NCBI GenBank assembly: GCA_021849125.1
Contig: JAJZTG010000005.1
Coordinates: 1-55,573 of the forward strand
Direction of reading: 5' to 3'
Length of the DNA stretch: 55,573 nucleotides
From: a bacterium
GTDB taxonomy: Bacteria > Patescibacteriota > Minisyncoccia > Phycocordibacterales > Phycocordibacteraceae
Of the stretch, positions 36,095 through 44,274 are shown one piece after another. A model generated the notes under the pieces. The model was not told where the DNA came from, searched no databases, and saw only the letters and a list, made by a program, of their open reading frames with translations. The position numbers were made by a program, and so were the translations under genes. Each line of letters starts with the position of its first letter. Position 1 is the stretch's first letter.

Positions 36095-36154
36095 TAAGAC
36101 ATAATAGCAAAAACACGCGGTCCGGCTACGCCGGACCGCGTGTTTGCCTCAGGC

Positions 36155-36715
36155 TTAGAACTGCACCTTCACCGGCTCGGCGGCTGCCGCGTTGTCGAGC
36201 TCGAAGAGATCCATCTCCTTGAAACCGAACATACCTGCGATGAGGTTCGTCGGGAACGACTGGACACGCGTATTGAGCGTCATCACCATGCCGTTATAGA
36301 AACGGCGCGCCGCCTGGATCTTGTCCTCGGTGTCGCCAAGCTCTTTCTGGAGCTGGAGGAAGTTCTGATTCGCCTTGAGGTCCGGGTACGCTTCGGAGAC
36401 CGCGAAGAGCGACTTCAAAGCACCCGAGAGCTGGTTTTCCGCAGCAGCGTGCGCAGCCGGAGACTCGGAGCCGACCCCCATAGCAGCAGCGCGCGCCTTG
36501 GTGACGTTCTCAAAGGCAGTCGACTCGTGCGCGGCATACCCCTTCACCGTCTCGACGAGATTCGGGATGAGATCATAGCGGCGCTTGAGCTGGACGTTGA
36601 TGTCCGCCCACGCTTCCTTGGCACGGTTGGTAAGGGAAACGAGACCGTTGTACGCGAGCACGAGCCAAAGCGCCACGACGGCAACGACGATAAGGATGAT
36701 TGAAGTTGTAGTCAT
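36155..36715 (-). CDS. lemA: LemA family protein
   Basis: N-terminal TM segment then YNGLV...E.AWADI.VQLKRRYDLIPNLVETVKGYA.HE...F..VT.AR. Start is at internal ATG 36715. Confidence 0.9.
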   Translation of the reverse strand: MTTTSIILIVVAVVALWLVLAYNGLVSLTNRAKEAWADINVQLKRRYDLIPNLVETVKGYAAHESTAFENVTKARAAAMGVGSESPAAHAAAENQLSGALKSLFAVSEAYPDLKANQNFLQLQKELGDTEDKIQAARRFYNGMVMTLNTRVQSFPTNLIAGMFGFKEMDLFELDNAAAAEPVKVQF

Positions 36716-36737
36716 ATGCTTCAAGTATACTACAAAA
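36716..36737. promoter_or_regulatory. 22-nt divergent intergenic region carrying a palindromic -10 core (GTATAC) for lemA and recG
   Basis: CAT-atgcttcaaGTATACTacaaaa-ATG. TATACT lies 6 nt before the recG ATG, and the reverse complement reads TAGTATAC upstream of the lemA ATG. Confidence 0.45.
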
Positions 36738-38903
36738 ATGCGCCCCGACGACCTGATCGAGAAGCACTTCACCCGCTTGAAGCCTGACCAGAAACGCGCC
36801 TTAGGGAAGCTTGGGATCCGCACCGTCCGCGACCTCCTCTACCATTTCCCTGCGCGCTACGAGAACGCCGGGCCGACCGGCACGATCACGAGCGTCACGC
36901 CGGGTACGGACGTGACGCTCTACGGCACCGTGCGGAAGCCTGACGTGCGGAAAACCTGGAAGAGCCGGCGGCCTATCGCGGAAGCCTGGCTCGAAGACGC
37001 TTCCGGCAGGATCAAGATGATGTGGTTCTCGCAACCCTACATCGCGAAGTCGCTCCACGACGGCATGTTCGTGAAAGTAACCGGACGCATCGCGGGCGAA
37101 GGTGCCAAAGCCTACCTCGCGAACCCGGAGATCGAGCGTTCCGGCGTGCGCCCGGATGAAGTGCATGATTCGCTTTTTACAGAAAGCACCGTCGAAGAGG
37201 ACACGGTGCTTCACCCGGTCTACCCCGAGAGCAAAGGCGTCTCCTCGCTCTGGCTCACGCACGCGGTCCGCAAAGCATTCGAGGCGAAAGCGCACGAGCA
37301 TATCCCTGACCCGATCCCCTCGGACATTCTCACGCGTTACAAGCTCCCCTCTCTTCCCTCTGCGCTCGTTTTCATCCACACGCCACGAACGCTGGGGGAC
37401 GCCGAAGCTGCGAAGAAGCGTTTCGCCTTCGAGGAGATTTTCGCGCTCCAGGTAATGATGCAGCAACGCCGACGCGAACACCTGTCTGAAAAGGCGCTTC
37501 CCGTCACCGTCGACCGTGATGCGCTCAAGGACTTCGTCTCCTCGTTCCCCTTCCCGGCGACCGAAGGCCAGATGCACGCGATCAAGACTATCGCCCTCGA
37601 CTTCGAGAAACCCCACCCGATGCTCCGCCTCCTTGAGGGCGACGTAGGCAGCGGCAAGACCGCTGTCGCCGCGGCGACTGCCTATCTGGTCGCCACGTCA
37701 GTACCGAAAGGCCGCATTGCCGGCACCTTGCAGGTCGCCTATCTCTGCCCTACCGAGATTCTCGCTAAGCAGCACTTCTCGACCTTCGTCTCGTACTTCA
37801 AGGATCATCCGATCCCGATCGGGCTCATCACCGGAAGCGAATGTCGCGTATTCCCTTCGAAGGTGCGCTACGAGGAGTCCGCAAAGATCTCGAAACCGGC
37901 CTTCAAGAAGCGTGTTGCCGACGGCACCATCCCGATCGTCATCGGCACGCATGCGCTCGTCGAGAAATCCCTCTCATTCAAATACTTCGCCTATGCGATC
38001 ATCGACGAGCAGCATCGCTTCGGCACGATGCATCGCCAGAAGCTCGCGACCAAGGGCGCCGTCGCGCCGCACCTCCTCTCGATGACTGCGACGCCCATCC
38101 CGCGCACGCTCGCCCTCACGCTCTACGGCGACCTCGACCTCACGCTTCTTGACCAGATGCCGCTCGGCCGAAAGCCGGTAAAGACTGCGGTCCTCGGCCC
38201 TGAAAAACGCGAGGAGGCGTATGCACGCGTGCGCGAAGAGCTCGCGGCCAGCCGACAAGCCTACGTCATCTGTCCGCGCATCGACGAACCTGATCCCGAG
38301 AAAGAGCTCGCGCTTCAGGCGAAGTCGGTGAAAGCCGAAGCGGCGCGCCTTAAGAAAGAAGTATTCCCCGACGCGACGATCGACATCCTGCACAGCAAGA
38401 TGCGCCCGACGGAGAAAGAAGAAGTCATGAAGCGCTTCGAGAACGGTAAGACAGATATCCTGGTCGCGACCTCGGTGGTCGAGGTCGGTGTGAACGTCCC
38501 GAACGCCACCGTGATCCTCATCGAAGGCGCCGAACGTTTCGGCCTTGCTCAGCTCCATCAGCTCCGCGGCCGCGTGATCCGCTCCTCACACCAAGCCTAT
38601 TGTTTCGCATTACCCGAATCATTCGGTCCAGCAACCAAAGAGCGTATGAAAGCATTCACCGAAGCTAAAAACGGTTTCGAGCTTGCCGAGTACGACCTCG
38701 CGCTCCGCGGCTCAGGCGAGCTTGCGGGCGGACGCCAGTGGGGCGTCTCCGATATCGCCATGGAAGCGCTACGGAACCTGAAGCTCGTCGAAGCAGCGCG
38801 CGCCGAAGCAGCGAAACTCGTCGAGACCGACCTTGACCTCTCCCGTCACCCGGCACTACGCCTGCGCACTCGCGCGGCTGACGAGAAGATGCATCTTGAA
38901 TGA
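36738..38903 (+). CDS. recG: ATP-dependent DNA helicase RecG
   Basis: Wedge/OB N-terminal region, helicase motifs GDVGSGKT, DEQHRFG, MTATPIPRT, VATSVVEVGVNVPNA and QLHQLRGRV. Confidence 0.93.
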   Translation: MRPDDLIEKHFTRLKPDQKRALGKLGIRTVRDLLYHFPARYENAGPTGTITSVTPGTDVTLYGTVRKPDVRKTWKSRRPIAEAWLEDASGRIKMMWFSQPYIAKSLHDGMFVKVTGRIAGEGAKAYLANPEIERSGVRPDEVHDSLFTESTVEEDTVLHPVYPESKGVSSLWLTHAVRKAFEAKAHEHIPDPIPSDILTRYKLPSLPSALVFIHTPRTLGDAEAAKKRFAFEEIFALQVMMQQRRREHLSEKALPVTVDRDALKDFVSSFPFPATEGQMHAIKTIALDFEKPHPMLRLLEGDVGSGKTAVAAATAYLVATSVPKGRIAGTLQVAYLCPTEILAKQHFSTFVSYFKDHPIPIGLITGSECRVFPSKVRYEESAKISKPAFKKRVADGTIPIVIGTHALVEKSLSFKYFAYAIIDEQHRFGTMHRQKLATKGAVAPHLLSMTATPIPRTLALTLYGDLDLTLLDQMPLGRKPVKTAVLGPEKREEAYARVREELAASRQAYVICPRIDEPDPEKELALQAKSVKAEAARLKKEVFPDATIDILHSKMRPTEKEEVMKRFENGKTDILVATSVVEVGVNVPNATVILIEGAERFGLAQLHQLRGRVIRSSHQAYCFALPESFGPATKERMKAFTEAKNGFELAEYDLALRGSGELAGGRQWGVSDIAMEALRNLKLVEAARAEAAKLVETDLDLSRHPALRLRTRAADEKMHLE

Positions 38904-38990
38904 TTTTGTCCGCCCCTGGACGAGGGACTTGGAACCGCCTAGGTATACGTAGGCGTACGGCCATCGGCCTCGTTCGAAATAAAACTGGAC

Positions 38991-39066
38991 TGGTGGGCAT
39001 GCCTGGACTCGAACCAGGAACCGCCGAGGTATAAGCTCGGTGCTCTAACCATTGAGCTACATGCCC
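38991..39066 (-). tRNA. tRNA-Ile (anticodon UAU), CCA encoded
   Basis: GGGCATG/TA/GCTCAATGGTTAGAGC/A/CCGAG-CTTATAC-CTCGG/CGGTT/CCTGG-TTCGAGT-CCAGG/CATGCCC/A-CCA. Confidence 0.85.
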
Positions 39067-39363
39067 TAAGTGAGACCAGAAACATGATGTATTTAAGCAT
39101 GTTTCTGCGCCGAACGCAGGGTAGGTATGCTTACATACATGCCCAGTATATTTCTCTCTCGCCCTCGCCCGTAAGCTCTGCGCTCTAACCATTGAGCTAG
39201 GGGCGGATATGTCCATACTATACCAACCGCCAGGTTGTGGACAGGCGGCCTATTGCCAAAACATAAAGGTAGTGGTACTGTTCCAGACAGTTTTTGCAGC
39301 CCTAAAAGCGCAAAAACTGTGGGACTGTACATTCAACTCAACAAATATAGGAAGGAGTTCACT

Positions 39364-39795
39364 ATGAGCGTAGCAACAGTTGTGGCGGGTACTCAAGGAT
39401 CCGCACGGGAGACTTCACGGTATCTCGGCGGCCTGAACCATACCGACCGCATGCAGGTCCATTTGCGCTACCACACCGGGGCAAAGGTCACACAGGGTCA
39501 TCTGACAGCCTTGCGCGACCTGACCGACGGCAAGGCCGTAATCGCCGATGCCGATGGTAACGCTGTTCCGGAACACCGGGTTGTCATTTGTCCGCAACAC
39601 GACACAAAGACACTCACCGCCGGCATGATTTCGTCTGGCTTTCACGACGAAACCAACGGTGTCTGGTTCATCGCCAATCCCCGTGGTCGCGAACAGCTGG
39701 TAACGGCGGCGAGCGTCAGGGATGCATCCCAGTACTGCCCTGACAGCGCAAACGATCCTCGTTGCGCCAACTGCCAAAACCGCATGATGTCCTGA
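39364..39795 (+). CDS. hypothetical protein (143 aa), Cys-containing C-terminus
   Basis: Strong SD AGGAAGGAG 7 nt upstream. Terminator at 39815-39845. C-terminal CPDSANDPRCANCQ. Confidence 0.55.
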   Translation: MSVATVVAGTQGSARETSRYLGGLNHTDRMQVHLRYHTGAKVTQGHLTALRDLTDGKAVIADADGNAVPEHRVVICPQHDTKTLTAGMISSGFHDETNGVWFIANPRGREQLVTAASVRDASQYCPDSANDPRCANCQNRMMS

Positions 39796-39814
39796 AGACC
39801 TTCCCTACCGAAAC

Positions 39815-39845
39815 AAATCCGGCACCTAGGTGCCGGATTTTTCAT
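39815..39845. terminator. bidirectional terminator between the 39364 gene and ftsH
   Basis: AAATCCGGCACC-TA-GGTGCCGGATTT flanked by A- and T-runs. Confidence 0.7.
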
Positions 39846-39853
39846 TTTGTTAT

Positions 39854-41776
39854 TCAGTTCTCGTCTTCCTCTTTCTTCTTCGGCGTGATGCCGCTCGCGA
39901 TGAGGACTTTTTCAAACTCTTCGCGTTCGAGCGTTTCCTTTTCCATGAGCTCCTTCGCGATCGCGTCGAGCGCGCCACGATAGTCTTCCAATACCTGCTC
40001 AGCGCGTTTCTTCGCCTCATCGATGATGCGCGAAACTTCCGCATCGATCTCAGCCGCGACCTTCTCCGAATACGGCTCGTGCCCGAGCTCGCGCTCGCCG
40101 AAGGCGATCGGCCCGAGCTTATCGCTCATGCCGTAGCGCACGACCATATCGCGCGCGAGCGCGGTGATGACTTGGAGGTCATTTGAGGGGCCCGTAGTGA
40201 CATCATCGAAGAGCGTCTCTTCTGCGACGTAGCCGCCCAGCGTTGCCGCGATATCATCGAGGAACTGCTTTTTGGACTGCATCTTCTTGTCATCAAACGG
40301 AAGCTTGAGCGTGTAGCCGGCAGCGTGCCCGCGGCTGATGATGGAAATCTTGTGCACCGGATCGGCATGCTCCAAAACCGAAGAGACGAGCGCGTGACCG
40401 GCTTCGTGGTAGGCAGTGAGCTCTTTCTCGCGCTTGCCGAGAAGGTGGCTCTTACGCTCCGGACCGAGCATCACCTTCTCAATCGAGCGGATGAGGTCGT
40501 ACTGCGTGACTTCCTTACGGTCCTCGCGTGCGGCAAGGATCGCCCCCTCATTCATGAGCGAGTAGAGCTCAGCACCAGAGAAGCCTGGCGTGCGCTCAGC
40601 GATGACCGAAAGCTGTACATCAGGACCGAGCGGCTTCTTGCGCGCATGGATCTTGAGTATCTCTTCGCGATCGCGGCGATCGGGCAGGTCGATGGTGACG
40701 CGGCGATCGAAACGGCCCGGGCGAAGGAGCGCCGGATCAAGCACGTCGGGGCGGTTCGTCGCGGCCATGACCACGACCTTTTCGTTCGGCTCGAAGCCGT
40801 CCATCTCGACGAGGATCTGATTCAGCGTCTGTTCGCGCTCATCGTTGCCGCCGCCCATGCCGGTGCCGCGCGCACGCCCGACCGCGTCGATCTCGTCGAC
40901 GAAGATGATCGCTGGGGCAGCCTTCTTGGCCATCTGGAAGAGATCCCGCACGCGGGAGGCACCCACACCGACGAACATCTCGACGAACTCAGAGCCGGAG
41001 ATAGTAAAGAACGGCACGCCTGCCTCCCCTGCTACCGCACGCGCAAGCAACGTCTTACCGGTACCCGGTGCGCCCATAAGGAGAATGCCTTTCGGAATCC
41101 GCGCACCGATATCGAGGAACTTTTTCGGGTTCTTGAGGAAGTCGACGATCTCGAGGAGTTCTTCTTTCGCTTCGCGAGCACCCGCAACGTCGGCGAACGT
41201 CACCCGCTGCGACACATCGGCCGGATCGATGACACGCGCCTTCGACTGCCCGAAACTAAGAGCCTGCATACCAGCGCCCTTCACCTGGCGCGAAAGGAAC
41301 CAGAAGAGGAAGCCTATGAAGAGGAGCGGCAAGAGTATCGGCGCAAGCGTGAGGAACCAAAACTCAAGAGCGGACTGTCCTTTGATCGTGATAGACGCCT
41401 TAGAAAGCTCTTCGGGCGTTACGCCGTAGGTGGCGAGCGTTTCCGGCAAGCCTGCGGAAGGATCCTTACGCGAAGTCTTGAGCGTACCGTCGGCATACTC
41501 GAGGTCGAGCGAGTCGCCCTTCACGGTGATGGTACTGATCTTCCCTGCCGACATGTCGGCCGCAACGGTAGAAAGCGGCACGATTTCATTCTTCTTCGTG
41601 AGGTCGGTCACGAGCGAGTAGAGGCTCATGAGAAGCAGGAAGGTGATGACGGTGGTCAGCAGGCTGCTCGCAAACGACGGCCCCTTACCAAGCGGTGACC
41701 ACTTGGGCCGCTTAGGTCCTTTCGATGATTTGATGGCTGGCTTTTTCTTCGAGCCTTTTGGTGGTAGAGATGGCAT
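39854..41776 (-). CDS. ftsH: ATP-dependent zinc metalloprotease FtsH
   Basis: Walker [43 protein letters not shown] zinc site. Confidence 0.97.
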   Translation of the reverse strand: MPSLPPKGSKKKPAIKSSKGPKRPKWSPLGKGPSFASSLLTTVITFLLLMSLYSLVTDLTKKNEIVPLSTVAADMSAGKISTITVKGDSLDLEYADGTLKTSRKDPSAGLPETLATYGVTPEELSKASITIKGQSALEFWFLTLAPILLPLLFIGFLFWFLSRQVKGAGMQALSFGQSKARVIDPADVSQRVTFADVAGAREAKEELLEIVDFLKNPKKFLDIGARIPKGILLMGAPGTGKTLLARAVAGEAGVPFFTISGSEFVEMFVGVGASRVRDLFQMAKKAAPAIIFVDEIDAVGRARGTGMGGGNDEREQTLNQILVEMDGFEPNEKVVVMAATNRPDVLDPALLRPGRFDRRVTIDLPDRRDREEILKIHARKKPLGPDVQLSVIAERTPGFSGAELYSLMNEGAILAAREDRKEVTQYDLIRSIEKVMLGPERKSHLLGKREKELTAYHEAGHALVSSVLEHADPVHKISIISRGHAAGYTLKLPFDDKKMQSKKQFLDDIAATLGGYVAEETLFDDVTTGPSNDLQVITALARDMVVRYGMSDKLGPIAFGERELGHEPYSEKVAAEIDAEVSRIIDEAKKRAEQVLEDYRGALDAIAKELMEKETLEREEFEKVLIASGITPKKKEEDEN

Positions 41777-41799
41777 AAAAAATACTATACTCTATAGGC

Positions 41800-42243
41800 A
41801 TGATTCTCGTCGAATACAAGAAGGCCTTCCTGAGGTTCGCGCCTATCGAGACGTTTGCCGCAGGTATCGAACTTTCAGGCCAGGAGGTCAAAGCGCTTCG
41901 AAGCAAGCTCGGCTCGCTCGATGGCTCACGCGTGGTGGTGCGCGGCGGCGAGGCCTTTATCGTTGGCATGACGATCCCTCCCTACCAAGCGGCAAACCTG
42001 CCAAAGGGGTACGACCCAGAAGCCCCGCGGCGCCTCCTCCTCACCAAGAAAGAAATCGCGCATCTCGCTACGGAAGAGGCCAAGAAAGGGTTGACAATCG
42101 TGCCACTTGAGGTGTATTCTAGCGGCAGACTCATCAAGGCAAAGATCGCGATCGTCCACGGCAAAGGCAAAGCCGACCGCCGGGAGGACTTGAGGAAACG
42201 CGATGCCGCGCGCGAGACCGCGCGCGTGCTGAAAAACCGCTAA
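41800..42243 (+). CDS. smpB: SsrA-binding protein SmpB
   Basis: 147 aa with ...FETGIEL.G.EVK pattern (IETFAAGIELSGQEVKALR), LLLTKKEI and a basic C-terminal tail. Lies immediately upstream of ssrA. Confidence 0.93.
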   Translation: MILVEYKKAFLRFAPIETFAAGIELSGQEVKALRSKLGSLDGSRVVVRGGEAFIVGMTIPPYQAANLPKGYDPEAPRRLLLTKKEIAHLATEEAKKGLTIVPLEVYSSGRLIKAKIAIVHGKGKADRREDLRKRDAARETARVLKNR

Positions 42244-42395
42244 GCCGACATCAGGTGATTCCGAGAAAAGACTCTGCGCAGGGCGACAGCCCGAGCAGGA
42301 GGAAAATTTCGAGCCAGAAATTATTCCGTGCTTTTCGCAGGAATCACCTGATGTCGGTACTCACGAAAAGGACAGGATGCTATCGTGTACTTCTC

Positions 42396-42805
42396 GGGGG
42401 TGACCGGCTTTGACGGTCTGTACTTTGAAAGACGTGCGACGCAGTGCACTCTCGCCTACCACTTAAATCTAGCGAGAAAACATACTTGCAAAGAACACTC
42501 TTGCAAGCGTAAAGTCCCCGTACTTCGGTATGAAGGATTTTGCGTTCGCCTACGCGTAAACCGCTTTTTACCGGTTACGCCTAGCGCGACGTCTTCTTCC
42601 AGTCGGCGCCCACAGCGCTGGGTGAGGGCGGAATCTTCTGTGAGCTAGGATCGCGGCCGTCCGCCCGCGTTCCGAAACAAGGACTCATCGTGGAGTGGTT
42701 TCGTCTCGATTTTTACACCCACGACCAGATTTCAATTGGGACTATGCGTCGTAGACTCGCTTTCATAGCCAGATTCGGACGGGGGTTCGATACCCCCCAC
42801 CTCCA
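42396..42805 (+). ncRNA. ssrA: tmRNA (SsrA)
   Basis: 5' GGGGGTGACCGGCTTTGACGG and 3' GGACGGGGGTTCGATACCCCCCACCTCCA form the tRNA-like domain. A candidate tag ORF starts at GCA 42488 and ends ...DFAFAYA-TAA at 42557-42559. Adjacent to smpB. Confidence 0.88.
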
Positions 42806-42818
42806 CAAAGCAGCAAGA

Positions 42819-42840
42819 GGTCCGCGCAAGCGGACTTTTT
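42819..42840 (+). terminator. terminator after ssrA
   Basis: GGTCCGC-GCAA-GCGGAC followed by TTTTT. Confidence 0.65.
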
Positions 42841-43004
42841 GCTTTGTGGAGTGGAGCGAGCCGACTGCTCGGCTCGTGTGGGGTATCGAGAGGCGGAGCG
42901 TTGCGCGTGAGCGCCGCGAGCCGGGGTCGAGAGCGCTTAGCGGATTGTGAACACTTGGAACAATACGCTTAGCGACTCGTGACCAACCCGCACCTTCATA
43001 TTCT

Positions 43005-43044
43005 ACAATAACGAACCCGCTTGAGCGGGTTCGTTATTGTTTTA
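43005..43044. terminator. strong hairpin at the left edge of the AT-rich island
   Basis: ACAATAACGAACCCGC-TTGA-GCGGGTTCGTTATTGT followed by TTTTATTT. Abuts the stop codon of the 43042..43512 gene. Confidence 0.65.
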
Positions 43045-43512
43045 TTTCGAAGTATCGATAGCTATTTCGAGAGGTACTATCGCAACATTTTTAAAAGTGT
43101 TGGTATCGACATCCTTGAAATCGACAAGCACTTCGTAGTCACCTGTGATACTCACTGGTATATTTTCAAATCGCGTTCGTACTCGCATATTACGAATACC
43201 CTTTTCAATAGCGACCCTTCTTTCAGAATTGAAGTTCGTCTTACCTTTTGGATCTTGTAAGCGAATACGGATATCAAACGCGCTTGGACGCCCCGCGTCA
43301 GGTCGGAAAAATCGACTAACAACCTCAAAAGGAAGCGAGAAAACAATGCCATCTTTCTTCTCTTCTTTAACTTTCTCCATTACATCTTTCGGAACATTGA
43401 TTGTTATTTTCTCGATAAGATTTGAGAGACTGATATTATTGGTTTCTTTGTCTATTACAGAAGTTGAGCAAACTGCGGACCAAATATGTGTTATTCCTAA
43501 TTCTTTTTGCAT
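43042..43512 (-). CDS. hypothetical protein (156 aa, predicted beta-rich), third gene of the island operon
   Basis: Full-length ORF in the AT-rich island. ATG lies 4 nt after the upstream stop (TAA-AACC-ATG). No motif I recognise. Confidence 0.55.
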   Translation of the reverse strand: MQKELGITHIWSAVCSTSVIDKETNNISLSNLIEKITINVPKDVMEKVKEEKKDGIVFSLPFEVVSRFFRPDAGRPSAFDIRIRLQDPKGKTNFNSERRVAIEKGIRNMRVRTRFENIPVSITGDYEVLVDFKDVDTNTFKNVAIVPLEIAIDTSK

Positions 43513-43516
43513 GGTT

Positions 43517-43918
43517 TTAGATTGTTACTGTTTGAGCGGTATTCCTCGGCATTGACCAAATCCCTCCCCACTGGTTTACACTCATAAAACCCGATGCCGA
43601 ACTAGAAACCGATTCTAAAGCGTACTCGTATGCCGGAACCCCTTCCAAATGAAGCTTGGGGGCCTCCAATGTAGCTCCAACTGCTCTAGCAATCTTCTTT
43701 AGAAGAGGATGGCTTGGGAGGACAGCTCCTGTCTCCGCTCTGGCAATACTAGACTGTGTGGTCTGTGCAAGTTCAGCAAGACGCGCTTGAGTAAACCCGC
43801 GTGAGATACGAGCTTTTGTAATAATTGCACTTACATCCGCATCGTAGCGATCTTCCCATTTTCTCTCTCGTGAAGAGAGAATTTTCTTAGTTACGGTATG
43901 GATATTTTTTATGCTCAT
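43517..43918 (-). CDS. XRE-family helix-turn-helix protein (133 aa)
   Basis: ISRGFTQARLAELAQTTQSSIARAETGAVLPSHPLLKKIARAVG matches the HTH_3/XRE pattern. Has an about 30-aa N-terminal and an about 50-aa C-terminal extension. Confidence 0.75.
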   Translation of the reverse strand: MSIKNIHTVTKKILSSRERKWEDRYDADVSAIITKARISRGFTQARLAELAQTTQSSIARAETGAVLPSHPLLKKIARAVGATLEAPKLHLEGVPAYEYALESVSSSASGFMSVNQWGGIWSMPRNTAQTVTI

Positions 43919-43926
43919 GGTTTTAT

Positions 43927-44274
43927 TTATTTTTGTAACTTCTTCGCGGCCGCTTCACGGACTTTTTTTGGGAGAATACGCCCTCTCTTCCTTTGAATAT
44001 CGACGACCCAAAACATGCAGTCACGCAATGATCCTATTGGCACAGTTTGACCCAAGAGACGAAACGAACCAATCACTAACTCCTGGAGAGGCTTGGGAAG
44101 CAAATCCTTTAATACTTCCGCTTTCCTCAATTGAAGGAGCTGCTGCCCTTGCACCTCCTGCATCTTTGAATCAATCTGCTCAATGTCAGTTGTTTCAAGA
44201 TGCTCTAGTTGCTCTTCAGCACAAGACGTGAGTGCTACGCTGATTAGCATTGGCTTCTTGTCCAAATCTGACAT
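43927..44274 (-). CDS. hypothetical protein (115 aa), first gene of the island operon
   Basis: Acidic, coiled-coil-like N-half and basic C-terminus (IQRKRGRILPKKVREAAAKKLQK). TGCTATATT -10 lies 7 nt before the ATG. Confidence 0.5.
   Translation of the reverse strand: MSDLDKKPMLISVALTSCAEEQLEHLETTDIEQIDSKMQEVQGQQLLQLRKAEVLKDLLPKPLQELVIGSFRLLGQTVPIGSLRDCMFWVVDIQRKRGRILPKKVREAAAKKLQK

Noticed and set aside
42385-42648. 87-aa ORF and neighbouring small ORFs (42690..42950) inside and next to ssrA
   Set aside because: They overlap the tmRNA gene, whose tRNA-like ends and position next to smpB are clear. The translations are Arg/Ser-rich noise.
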